Source: Pseudomonadota bacterium
GTDB lineage: Bacteria; Bdellovibrionota_C; UBA2361; OMII01
NCBI GenBank assembly: GCA_038134595.1
Contig: JAYPVM010000001.1
Location: 32,001-96,000, forward strand
Direction of reading: 5' to 3'
Length of the DNA stretch: 64,000 nucleotides
The translations under genes and the position numbers were made by a program. Below, piece by piece: positions 19,743-29,586 of this stretch; the stretch's first letter is position 1; every line of letters starts with the position of its first letter. The notes beneath the pieces were generated by a model. The model saw only the letters and a program-made list of their open reading frames with translations. It had not been told where the DNA came from and ran no database searches.

Positions 19743-21104
19743 TTAATACTGCCCCTGAGTCACATCAGTGTCCTGCCCTTCAGCGGCCCTGCTTTGCTTT
19801 ATTGCTTCTTGCACCGTAGCTCGGAGGTCGTCCCGATATCGCCTAAAATACGGTAACGATGGCTGCAATTTATCAAGAGCCGCAAGAACACCCTGATAAG
19901 AGCACTTCTGCGCGGAGGTAATCCCTAGAAACGTCAACAAATGCTGCGATAGCGTTAGTTTACAAAGCTCTTCTCCCCTCTCAATCAGTCGAGTCAGCTC
20001 TGTCAAAGATCCCAAAGTCGACACCACGTTCGCCTCTCCGCCACTAGCGCTTCGCATAACCTCTGACCACGAACCCCTAAAAGCTTCTCTATCTGCTTCG
20101 CTCAGGTGCACAGGAACCAACAATGCAAGGCAAGAGAGATCATCTAAGGTAGCGGCTAATTGCCCCCGCAATAGTGCATGAGCTTTGATTATGCGCCCCA
20201 TCTGCCGAAACGTTCTGCCGCTAACATCGACTGACGACTCTGATGTTCGACTGTTATACTCTGAAATAATTGCATCAAGATACATAGCAACATCATGTGA
20301 AAGATTCATTTCATCAACATGCCGATTTATCGCTGATAATTCTGTGGTTGATATCTTTTGGGCCTCAGATATCGAAGGAACATCACAAAGAGCCTCTCGG
20401 TTCCGGAGAATAGCCTGTCTTTCGATGGTAGAGAGATTGGGAGAAATTTCAGATTGAAATATAAACCGATCCAGGAAAGCCCCGGTTTTTTCATTCTTCC
20501 GAACATAATTACCACAGGCAATGACTGTTCGAAGCGGTGACTGCACCATCTGATCGCCGTTCTTGTACCGTCTATCGGATAGCGTCCACAACAAACTACG
20601 GAGCAGTTCATCACGCCCATCGAATATCTCATCAAGAAAGGCCACCTCCGACGCGACTATGCCACTTTCAACATTTCGGCGGCCTGTTCCATCTTTAATA
20701 CGGTCAAATGGAATAAACCCATATAACTGGTCCTCTGTGGTCTCAAGCGTTATCTGGTTCTCGTAGCGTTTTACATCTGATGCAAACAAATTAAGCACTG
20801 CTCTTGCATAGTATGATTTTCCTAGTCCAGTAGGCCCCACCAGGAGGTGATGATTTCCGGTAGCTAGCGCCAACTGCGTTTGTACCATTACCTGATCATA
20901 TCCCCTGACATATTTTGAAATATGCTCAAACCCTGCTTTCATTTTAGCAACAACTTGCTGAATGGAATGTGTTTCCCGCTCGCGGGAGTCTTGCAACGCG
21001 CATCTATCGATAGAGGGATGCAACGTAACATTCAAGTCAACTTGATCCGAACCAACTGGCGCACGGAGATGATAGTCCTCGTTAGGCATCTGTAATTGGG
21101 TCAT
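19743..21104 (-). CDS. MoxR-family AAA+ ATPase, RavA-like
   Basis: Walker A GPTGLGKS, Walker B AFLDEIF, sensor ACGN, arginine finger AFLDRF, VSGR. Confidence 0.85.
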   Translation of the reverse strand: MTQLQMPNEDYHLRAPVGSDQVDLNVTLHPSIDRCALQDSRERETHSIQQVVAKMKAGFEHISKYVRGYDQVMVQTQLALATGNHHLLVGPTGLGKSYYARAVLNLFASDVKRYENQITLETTEDQLYGFIPFDRIKDGTGRRNVESGIVASEVAFLDEIFDGRDELLRSLLWTLSDRRYKNGDQMVQSPLRTVIACGNYVRKNEKTGAFLDRFIFQSEISPNLSTIERQAILRNREALCDVPSISEAQKISTTELSAINRHVDEMNLSHDVAMYLDAIISEYNSRTSESSVDVSGRTFRQMGRIIKAHALLRGQLAATLDDLSCLALLVPVHLSEADREAFRGSWSEVMRSASGGEANVVSTLGSLTELTRLIERGEELCKLTLSQHLLTFLGITSAQKCSYQGVLAALDKLQPSLPYFRRYRDDLRATVQEAIKQSRAAEGQDTDVTQGQY

Positions 21105-21409
21105 GATTGATTTCTCCTTCCTGCCAATCGTCTGTATCCGAGACTATCAAATGATTCTGGACTATTAAAACCAAACAAGAATCTTGCTTTGCCACGCAAA
21201 CAACAACCTCTCGATAAAGATAGATTCGATCTCTTGAGTGCCCTAGAATTCTTACGCCCATTTCAATCGGAGCCAACCTGCAGGACAAAACAATGTCACA
21301 AACGTCAGACAAGTTGCCGCCTCCTCTGCATGGACGGTTCCACAGACACCAGACTAGAAAGTACGGGCTACTTCTTTCCATTTTAGGGCTATGGGTATAC
21401 ATTTCGCCC

Positions 21410-22279
21410 ATGGCTGACTCTATTATCAACTCTCAATCTATCAATTCTGCGGACATTCTTTTGCTTGGCGCCTGTTACGATCTCACATCCAGCTTTGGAA
21501 AGGGTGCCAATCGTGGCCCCCAAGCTATCGTTGATACGCTTCATACCCAAATCGAGTTTCTTGACCGCGAAAGTCAAGTATCTCCGGCAGAGCACTTGGC
21601 TATTGCGTACAACGAGATCGAAGGTCTCCCTGATGCATCACCAGAGGATATGGTCTCCTCAATTGCCGCCCAATATGCTGAGCACTCATCGTCATTTAAA
21701 ATCCTACTAGGAGGAGAGCATTCAGTAACAAATGGACCGTTACGCTATTTTGCTTCAGACGCTAGCGATATCACTGTTCTACAGATAGATGCCCACGCTG
21801 ATTTGCGCTTCGACGATAGCGACTACAACGATACCCCCTACGGTATATACGCTCATTCAGCTGTTATGAGACGAGGTCTTGAATTAGGATATAATATTGT
21901 TCAAGTCGGTCTTCGCGCCTTCTCTGCCGAAGAACAGAGCTTGTTTTCTCACGAGCGGATCACAGCACTCGAAAGAAGGCGACAAGAAATATCTCCGGAG
22001 GCGGTTCTTTCTCACATCAAAACCGACAAAGTATACCTTACAATCGATCTAGATGGTTTCGATCCCAGTGTCATGCCTGCCACGGGCACTCCAGTACCCG
22101 GCGGTCTCGGTTGGTACGAGGGGCTCGATATTGCGCGAGCAGTTATTCAGAATCACTCATTAGTTGGATTCGATATTGTAGAACTCGCGACCCGATCGAT
22201 AGACTCAATCACGCAATACAACGCCGCTCAACTTTGTTATTCACTAATTGCCGAACTGTATAAAAAAGGAGAAATATAG
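21410..22279 (+). CDS. speB: agmatinase (ureohydrolase)
   Basis: GGEHSVT, QIDAHADLR, IDLDGFDPS.MPATGTPVPGG; ATG 21410 preferred over 21293. Confidence 0.9.
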   Translation: MADSIINSQSINSADILLLGACYDLTSSFGKGANRGPQAIVDTLHTQIEFLDRESQVSPAEHLAIAYNEIEGLPDASPEDMVSSIAAQYAEHSSSFKILLGGEHSVTNGPLRYFASDASDITVLQIDAHADLRFDDSDYNDTPYGIYAHSAVMRRGLELGYNIVQVGLRAFSAEEQSLFSHERITALERRRQEISPEAVLSHIKTDKVYLTIDLDGFDPSVMPATGTPVPGGLGWYEGLDIARAVIQNHSLVGFDIVELATRSIDSITQYNAAQLCYSLIAELYKKGEI

Positions 22280-22281
22280 AA

Positions 22282-24186
22282 TTGGAAGACCGGTGGAATA
22301 TATCGAAAAGCGCCCAAACGTATCGACTCGAAGCTTGGGGCACACCCTACTTTACCATAACCAAAGACGGGCATTTAAACGTTCAGCCCTCAGCCGACAA
22401 TAAATCAATCGACCTCTACAAGCTTACGAGCTCAATGGCACGCAGAGGAGTAAAAACTCCGATTCTATTTCGATTTGAAGGTATTATCTGGGACAGACTA
22501 GAGAGGATTTTTCAAAGCTTTGACAAAGCATGTCGCGAGTACGAATACGGGGGATCGTATCGATTAGCATTCCCGATTAAAGTCAATCAGCAACGACACG
22601 TCATCGACTCCGTTCGAAAGGCTCGCTCTGATGCTCGATTGGGTCTTGAAGTGGGAAGCAAGCCAGAGCTCGTTGCAATGCTTGCAGCGCATAACACTCC
22701 CGATTCGCTATTACTCTGCAATGGCTACAAGGATGACGAATATATCGAACTGGCTCTGCTTAACCGAAAGCTTGGTCGCCGAACTATTATCACGGTCGAG
22801 CAACTCCACGAAATCGATATGATCCTAGACGTTGCAAAGAAACTAGACGTCCAACCAGAGATAGGAATTCGGTTTAAACCCTCCGGAAAGGGATTCGGCC
22901 GGTGGGAGAGCTCGGCAGGGCCGAAGGCAAAATTTGGCCTCACAGCTCATGAAGTAGTACAGGCAATGGACCTCCTAAAACAGCGTGGTGCCGATGATTC
23001 CTTAAAGCTTCTACACTTTCATGTTGGCAGTCAAATCACCTCAATATCCGCTCTCAAGGATGTCCTACGGGAAGCCTCACAGATGTATACAGAGGTGGCC
23101 AAGGAATTTCCTAGCCTTTGCTTCTGGGATGTCGGTGGAGGGCTGGCTGTTGACTATGACGGCTCGCGCACCACATTTGATTCCTCAATGAACTATACAA
23201 TCGATGAGTACGCTATGGACGTAGTTGCCTACATCCATGAGGCCTGCGAATCGGCAAATATTCCTGCACCCGACATTATTAGTGAATCGGGCCGAGCTAT
23301 ATTAGCCCATCACGCCGTCCTCGTAACAGAGGTAACGGATGTTATGCTTAGCGAACCCGAAATGCCCGATGTAGACAATCCCCCGGGCTCTTGTAGTGAG
23401 CTACTCGAACTATGTGAAACCGCAAAAGAACTAACCCTTAAAAACTGTTTAGTATCTTTCCACGATATGCAAGATTCAGGTATTGCTATTGAACAGCTGT
23501 TTAAACTAGGGCAGATATCTCTCCGGGAACGGGCATTTGCACAACAAGTAATCTCTGCCAGCCGACGAAAGATTATAAACTTAAGCAAGCAACTCTCTCA
23601 CATTCCAGAGGAGATAGCTTTAGCCCGCGAGAAAATGACTGATACGTATTTCTGTAACTTCTCAGTGTTCCAGTCGATTCCTGACTTCTGGGCAATCGGT
23701 CAGCTTTTTCCGACAATTCCGCTACAACGGCTCGACGAAGAACCCACGCAACGAGGAATAATAGCAGACCTGACATGCGACAGCGACGGTAAGATCGATA
23801 AGTTTATCGATCTTCGAGATGTTGCTAACGCCCTGCCCCTTCATACGTTCCGTGAAGACGAGCCGTACTATATCGGCTTCTTTTTGGTCGGCGCATATCA
23901 AGAAATCCTAGGAGATCTTCACAATCTTTTCGGAGATACCCACGCCGTTCATATTCATATCAATGAAGACGGATCATATGAAATCCCATCGCTCGTTGAA
24001 GGCGACACAGTTAAGGAGGTTCTTAAGTATGTTCAATACGACTCTGAAGAACTTGAGGAGCAAATTCGTACTGCAATAGATCTTGCATGTCGATACAAGG
24101 GTCTAAGTGATAGTGATGCCGCATACATTAGAGCAAGATATCGCGATGCACTCGGAGGATATACCTACCTTGTAAAACACAACTAG
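22282..24186 (+). CDS. speA: biosynthetic arginine decarboxylase
   Basis: FPIKVNQQ (PLP Lys), GSKPEL, CNGYKD, HFHVGSQI, ESGRA, TCDSDG, GAYQEILGDLHNLFGD; TTG start with AAGGAG SD. Confidence 0.96.
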   Translation: MEDRWNISKSAQTYRLEAWGTPYFTITKDGHLNVQPSADNKSIDLYKLTSSMARRGVKTPILFRFEGIIWDRLERIFQSFDKACREYEYGGSYRLAFPIKVNQQRHVIDSVRKARSDARLGLEVGSKPELVAMLAAHNTPDSLLLCNGYKDDEYIELALLNRKLGRRTIITVEQLHEIDMILDVAKKLDVQPEIGIRFKPSGKGFGRWESSAGPKAKFGLTAHEVVQAMDLLKQRGADDSLKLLHFHVGSQITSISALKDVLREASQMYTEVAKEFPSLCFWDVGGGLAVDYDGSRTTFDSSMNYTIDEYAMDVVAYIHEACESANIPAPDIISESGRAILAHHAVLVTEVTDVMLSEPEMPDVDNPPGSCSELLELCETAKELTLKNCLVSFHDMQDSGIAIEQLFKLGQISLRERAFAQQVISASRRKIINLSKQLSHIPEEIALAREKMTDTYFCNFSVFQSIPDFWAIGQLFPTIPLQRLDEEPTQRGIIADLTCDSDGKIDKFIDLRDVANALPLHTFREDEPYYIGFFLVGAYQEILGDLHNLFGDTHAVHIHINEDGSYEIPSLVEGDTVKEVLKYVQYDSEELEEQIRTAIDLACRYKGLSDSDAAYIRARYRDALGGYTYLVKHN

Positions 24187-24234
24187 ACAAACACTTAGCA
24201 ACTTACTTTCACTATTAAACACGGAACGAACACA

Positions 24235-25332
24235 ATGAAAAAGAAATACACAAAACTCTCAAAAGAACTCCGTAAATTCATAGTTCCTGAGAGTGATCTA
24301 TCCTCTCACGGAAGACTCTCAACATCCAAGGGAACAAAAACTGGTGTAGTATCATCATATGCTGAACGCACTCTACGGCATTGCAATGGGGGCGCAACGC
24401 TTCAATCAGCTTTGTGGCTTAAAGAGCATCTCGATAATGGTGGAAAACTTGTTGTAAGCGTTGCCGGGGCGCTCAGCTCATTTCAAGTTGGCATTATGCT
24501 CTCTGAGCTAATTCGTCAGGACAAAGTTCACCTTGTCTCCGCAACTGCGGCCAACCACGAAGAGTCTTTTTATAGATATGTGGCACACTCCCATTACGCC
24601 TATATTCCTCGTTATACAGAACTTACTCCAGTCCAGGAAGCAGAGCTCCGTGATGCTGGATTAAGGCGGATTACGGACACGTTCCTACCAGAGGATGAGA
24701 GTGTGCGTATTATGGAGCCTCATTTGGTTAAGATGTGGCACGCGGCTCAACAAAATGGAGAGCGATACTTTCCTCACGAGTACTTCCGCAGGCTCTTTAA
24801 GGAAAAGCTCATCAAACCTGATTCTATGGCAAACCCCGATGATTGCTGGACGTATGCAGCGTATGAAAAAGACATTCCTATTGTCATTCCAGGATTTGAG
24901 GACAGCACCATGGGTAACATCTTTGCGAGCTATACATACTCCGGAAAATACCGAAAAAATCCTGACGTTGTTTTCGAGCAAAATATCATGAAATCTGGGC
25001 TTGAATACTTTACCATGCTCTATGACTGGTACGGAGACATCTCGAAAAAACATCCCGTTGCATTCTTACAATTAGGCGGTGGCATTGCAGCAGATTTTCC
25101 AATCTGTGTCGTACCCTCTATCAAACACGACTTGCAAAAACACCGCGTGCGTGATTGGGCAGGATTTATAGAAATCGGCTCTTCTCCCATGTCGTACGGC
25201 TCCTACTCCGGAGCTGGTGGAAAAGAAAAGATTACCTGGGATAAGCTTTCAACGAAGAGCTATTATCAGATTATACAGAGCGATGTGACGGTTGTTTTTC
25301 CGTGGATAGCGGCGATCTTGTTAGGGCTATAA
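24235..25332 (+). CDS. deoxyhypusine synthase-like protein (probable homospermidine/aminobutyl-transfer enzyme)
   Basis: RRITDTFLPE, PGFEDSTMGN, GGGIAADFPICVVP, GSYSGA..EKITWDKL (catalytic Lys position). Confidence 0.88.
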   Translation: MKKKYTKLSKELRKFIVPESDLSSHGRLSTSKGTKTGVVSSYAERTLRHCNGGATLQSALWLKEHLDNGGKLVVSVAGALSSFQVGIMLSELIRQDKVHLVSATAANHEESFYRYVAHSHYAYIPRYTELTPVQEAELRDAGLRRITDTFLPEDESVRIMEPHLVKMWHAAQQNGERYFPHEYFRRLFKEKLIKPDSMANPDDCWTYAAYEKDIPIVIPGFEDSTMGNIFASYTYSGKYRKNPDVVFEQNIMKSGLEYFTMLYDWYGDISKKHPVAFLQLGGGIAADFPICVVPSIKHDLQKHRVRDWAGFIEIGSSPMSYGSYSGAGGKEKITWDKLSTKSYYQIIQSDVTVVFPWIAAILLGL

Positions 25333-25558
25333 CGGCATTTAATCTCACATCCATGCGCCGCAAACAACTAAAAATAGTACGTTTTTTACGGTTACCATTC
25401 CTGCCGCAAAACCGTTTCCCGTAGGGATAGGAGATCCCACTAGAGTGGTGTGGCTCATCCCCTGTAGGCTACATACAAATAACTTTGTGGCTGATGCTTC
25501 CCAGTGGGGTACAATGGTCAGAGAACACTGATCTATTATATCAACCCGCATCAGCAAT

Positions 25559-27046
25559 ATGAAAGAAACTGGTATCATACCACCTCCCGATCCCTTTCAG
25601 GCCAGCAATCTCTCTAACGGGATGTGGTGTCGAAGCACCGCAAGCACAATCATTCACTCGCCATATACAAACACACCACTTTGCTCTGTAAGCTACGCCG
25701 GAGAATCGCTCATAGAGGAAACTATCGCCTCAGCGAGTAATGCATTCAAGGAGTGGCGCCTTGTTCCAATAAAGGAGCGCTGTGCAATCTTACTCCGCTT
25801 TCGAGAACTTCTTCTTCGAGACATCGAGAGACTTTCAATAAGTGCAAGCCTTGAATCAGGAAAAGTTCTTGCAGAAGCTCGCGCGGAGGTCCTTAAAGGC
25901 ATCGAGGTCTTAGAATTTGCCACCAGCCTCCAAAATACAGACTATGGAGGGAGTCTAGAAGTAAGTCGCGGAGTGACCTGCGAATACCGACGCGAACCCC
26001 TGGGAGTAGTGCTCGGCATTACCCCGTTTAACTTTCCAGCGATGGTTCCTATGTGGATGATTCCCATTGCAATTGCGGTCGGAAACGCATTTATTTTAAA
26101 GCCCTCCGAAAAGGTGCCCTATACTGCTTGTATTTTGGGAGAGCTTTTAGTTGAGGCTGGCCTTCCATCGGGTGTCTTTTCAATTCTTCATGGAGATAAA
26201 GAAGTAGTAGAAAAGCTAGCTTCTCATCCGAACATTTCAGCGGTTGGTTTCGTCGGCTCTACCTCCGCCGCTAGAGCTGTATACAAAAAAGCAACTCAAG
26301 CAGATAAAAGAGCCCTCTGCTTAGGGGGCGCAAAAAACCATATTATCGTTGTCCCGGATGCTCCACACGACCTTACAGTAGATGGGATTGTAGCTTCCTA
26401 CACAGGTTGCGCTGGTCAGCGATGTATGGCCACAAGCGTTCTCGTATGCGTCGGAGATACATCAAAAATTATCGATGATGTTATTCTTAAATCCAAGAGA
26501 CTTCGTCTTGGCGAAGATATGGGCTGCCTTATCGACACGCAGGCCATTACTCGACTCCGAGACGCTCTCGACATCGCAAGCGAGCAGGGCGCAGAGATTC
26601 TACTCGATGGAAGACAAGGTGAAAACGATATACCAACACTATATAAAAACGGAAATTGGCTCGGACCATCAATACTCGACAACACCTCTCAAAATATGGA
26701 CTGCGGATGTACCGAACTATTTGGGCCTATTCTCTCAATCACACATGTAGATACCCTCGACGAAGCGCTTAAACTCGAACATAGGTGTCCATACGGCAAT
26801 GCAACGTCGGTGTTTACTACAAGTGGCAATGTCGCCCGTCACGTAGCACACAACGCCTCATCAGGCATGATTGGTATAAACATCGGCGTTCCCGTTCCCC
26901 GAGAGCCGTTTTCTTTTGGTGGAACCAAAGGCTCAAAATTTGGTCACGGCGATATCACTGGTACGGATGGAGTGGATTTTTGGTCGACGAAGAAGAAGAT
27001 CACAACGAAATGGAGCAAGCAAACCGACAAGAACTGGATGTCATAG
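25559..27046 (+). CDS. mmsA: CoA-acylating (methyl)malonate-semialdehyde dehydrogenase
   Basis: ITPFNFPAMVPMW, GGAKNH, GCAGQRCMA (catalytic Cys), GINIGVPVP..PFSFGG.K.S.FG. Confidence 0.9.
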   Translation: MKETGIIPPPDPFQASNLSNGMWCRSTASTIIHSPYTNTPLCSVSYAGESLIEETIASASNAFKEWRLVPIKERCAILLRFRELLLRDIERLSISASLESGKVLAEARAEVLKGIEVLEFATSLQNTDYGGSLEVSRGVTCEYRREPLGVVLGITPFNFPAMVPMWMIPIAIAVGNAFILKPSEKVPYTACILGELLVEAGLPSGVFSILHGDKEVVEKLASHPNISAVGFVGSTSAARAVYKKATQADKRALCLGGAKNHIIVVPDAPHDLTVDGIVASYTGCAGQRCMATSVLVCVGDTSKIIDDVILKSKRLRLGEDMGCLIDTQAITRLRDALDIASEQGAEILLDGRQGENDIPTLYKNGNWLGPSILDNTSQNMDCGCTELFGPILSITHVDTLDEALKLEHRCPYGNATSVFTTSGNVARHVAHNASSGMIGINIGVPVPREPFSFGGTKGSKFGHGDITGTDGVDFWSTKKKITTKWSKQTDKNWMS

Positions 27047-27066
27047 GTTTTATCAAAGGTCCTCAA

Positions 27067-28332
27067 ATGGGTAGTGAAAAAAAGCCGATCAAACCAATAA
27101 TCCTAACCTCTCATCCAGCTCGAGATGAAGCCTTACTGCATCCGATTCATTGGGGCGCTCCAACGGCGCACGAACGCGGGCCAATTGTGGGTGGAATCGC
27201 TGATTCACATCATCGAAATTGTATCGGAACTCACTCTGGCTCATATTCAGTGTATCGTGCTCTTGCAGTTGCCTCGGGGGCTCTAAAATCAGACCATATA
27301 CCTGATCTAACAGACACGCGCCCCGTGGTGTCGGTCGGGCCCTTTGATAGCTGGAAGAATTCGCAAAGGATAATCTCAATCGACCCATGGGGCGCCGAAG
27401 TAGATCGACACTTCTCGCACCTAAGTAGTAGCGGCGTTCACGCGCAACCCACCATCGCCATCACTCAGGCTCACATATCAATCCCTGAGATAGTTACTCT
27501 CGTCGATAACAAGAAGATCCGTGCCGACGGCTGTGTTATACAAGAAGACGGAGATTGTTTCGTTACAAAAGCCGCCATTGAACCCGTCTGGTACCTACCT
27601 GCCATTGCACAGCGCTTTAAGATCGAAGAGAGTGATTTACGACGTGGGCTCTTTGAGCAAACCGCTGGAATGTTTCCCGAGCTTATTACGCGGCCAGACC
27701 TCTCTGTTCTTCTGCCCCCAATAGGAGGTCACACGGTTTATTTTTTCGGAGATCCCGAACTCATCCGAGATCCCTCCAAAGAGGTGACCGTTCGAGTCCA
27801 TGATGAATGTAACGGCTCTGACGTATTCGGTTCAGACATCTGTACATGCAGGCCCTATCTAATTCACGGAATTGAAGAATGTATCCTGACAGCACAAGAT
27901 GGAGGTATCGGCATTATCGTTTACAATAGAAAGGAGGGGCGCGCACTCGGAGAGGTCACGAAGTTTCTGGTATATAACGCACGAAAGCGTCAGGAAGGCG
28001 GAGACACCGCCGACAAATATTTTCACCGAACAGAGTGCGTAGCAGGTGTTCAAGACATGCGATTTCAAGAACTCATGCCAGATGTTCTTCACTGGATAGG
28101 GATAACAAAAATAGACCGTTTTGTTTCCATGAGTGATATGAAATACGACGCTATAACCAACTCGGGCATACAAATCCTCAAGCGCGTCTCTATACCAGCA
28201 GATAGAATCCCCGCCGATGCGCATGTAGAAATTCAAGCTAAACGAGCGGCCGGCTACTTTGTCGAAGAAGCAAAACCGACAAAAAAAGAACTTACCACCG
28301 TAAAAGGGCGCTCAATGTCTATAAAAAAATAA
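27067..28332 (+). CDS. GTP cyclohydrolase II-like protein, URC1 family
   Basis: IHWGA...RGP, GTHSGSYSVYRALAVA N-domain; RVHDECNGSDVFGSDICTC, RKEGRALGEV.K, DMRFQ.LMPD; ATG 27067 (ORF-track extension overlaps mmsA). Confidence 0.9.
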   Translation: MGSEKKPIKPIILTSHPARDEALLHPIHWGAPTAHERGPIVGGIADSHHRNCIGTHSGSYSVYRALAVASGALKSDHIPDLTDTRPVVSVGPFDSWKNSQRIISIDPWGAEVDRHFSHLSSSGVHAQPTIAITQAHISIPEIVTLVDNKKIRADGCVIQEDGDCFVTKAAIEPVWYLPAIAQRFKIEESDLRRGLFEQTAGMFPELITRPDLSVLLPPIGGHTVYFFGDPELIRDPSKEVTVRVHDECNGSDVFGSDICTCRPYLIHGIEECILTAQDGGIGIIVYNRKEGRALGEVTKFLVYNARKRQEGGDTADKYFHRTECVAGVQDMRFQELMPDVLHWIGITKIDRFVSMSDMKYDAITNSGIQILKRVSIPADRIPADAHVEIQAKRAAGYFVEEAKPTKKELTTVKGRSMSIKK

Positions 28333-28356
28333 TACGTATACGCAGGACAAACCTCA

Positions 28357-29571
28357 ATGAGTGAAGACATTAAGTATCTCCTTACCCCTACTGCCATTCG
28401 AGAGCGCTCGAATCAGATCTTAGCCCTGGCTAAAAATGATCTCTTAAACCACTTTAGTTTGCACGAAGATCAGATTCATTACCTTTCTAGAGCGCTCTTA
28501 GAGGAGATACATCAGAACTATCCTGAGCGAAATATCCCCTATCACAGCAGATGGCGGCATTTCTCCGTGGATGGATCCAACAGAATCGACAGGCTCAATT
28601 CATCGCTAGAAGGGCTATCCTCTATGGAAGCCTGCATGGCAAAACTGGAACTTACAGTTATAAGTGTTCTCCTTGATGCCGGCGCCGGAAACTCGTGGAA
28701 CTACATCGACAAAGCAACCGGAAAGACCTTCGCTCGCTCAGAAGGTCTAGCCATAGCATCACTTAATGGATTTGCATCCGGAGCATTCGGAGAGAGGCCC
28801 TTTACGGCTTCTGCAGATAGTTTGCGTGCCATCTCTGTAGAGAGTCTTGAGCAGATATTCCAAGCGACTTCATCTAATCCCCTGGCTGGAGTCGATGGTC
28901 GCGCCGCTCTCATGAATACCCTCGGTGAGTGTGCGCGAAGGATGCCGTGCGTTTTGCCCTCTACAACACCCCGACTTGGAAATATATTAGGAGAAATACT
29001 CGAGCAGACTACAGAAAACATCCTCGATGCCGAGGATCTACTCGCTATCGTACTAACAGCCTTCGGCTCAATCTGGCCTGGCCGACTACTCGTTGACGGC
29101 GTTGCTCTCGGTGATGTCTGGAAGCATTCACAGGTGAGAGGCGAGGGTAAAACTGACAAATTAGTGCCCTTCCATAAACTTTCACAGTGGCTTACTTACT
29201 CGTTACTCGAGCCACTTGAAAGTTTTGGAATTCAGATTGTAGGCCTTGAAAAGCTGACGGGCCTCGCGGAATACCGCAACGGCGGACTCTTCATTGATGC
29301 CGGGGTTATCGCACTTCGAGAGTCCGATAGCTACCGTATCGAACATTCTCCCTCCTCTGAACTTATCGTTGAATGGCGAGCGTTAACAATTGCTCTTTTA
29401 GATCGGCTCGCCTCACAGCTCCGCGCTGATTTAGGCGTTTCTACCGAGGAAATGCCGCTTGCAAAGATCCTACAAGGAGGCACGTGGAGTCTGGGAAGGA
29501 AATTTGCTAACCGAGCCCGCACCGATGGCAGTCCTCCTTTAGCGATTAAAAGTGATGGCACCGTATTTTAA
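28357..29571 (+). CDS. URC4/Urg3 family protein (DUF1688)
   Basis: IPYHSRWRHF, SVLLDAGAG, RSEGLA.AS, PFHKLSQWLTYSL, LTGLAEYRNGGLF, IKSDGTVF. Confidence 0.9.
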   Translation: MSEDIKYLLTPTAIRERSNQILALAKNDLLNHFSLHEDQIHYLSRALLEEIHQNYPERNIPYHSRWRHFSVDGSNRIDRLNSSLEGLSSMEACMAKLELTVISVLLDAGAGNSWNYIDKATGKTFARSEGLAIASLNGFASGAFGERPFTASADSLRAISVESLEQIFQATSSNPLAGVDGRAALMNTLGECARRMPCVLPSTTPRLGNILGEILEQTTENILDAEDLLAIVLTAFGSIWPGRLLVDGVALGDVWKHSQVRGEGKTDKLVPFHKLSQWLTYSLLEPLESFGIQIVGLEKLTGLAEYRNGGLFIDAGVIALRESDSYRIEHSPSSELIVEWRALTIALLDRLASQLRADLGVSTEEMPLAKILQGGTWSLGRKFANRARTDGSPPLAIKSDGTVF

Positions 29572-29586
29572 AATAAAAGGATTACT

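Noticed and set aside
21293..21409. N-terminal extension of agmatinase in the ORF track
   Set aside because: Non-homologous sequence in the divergent promoter region; family similarity starts after ATG 21410
26785..27066. N-terminal 94 aa of the 515-aa URC1 ORF
   Set aside because: Overlaps the mmsA 3' end out of frame; the real start is probably ATG 27067 after an AAAGG SD
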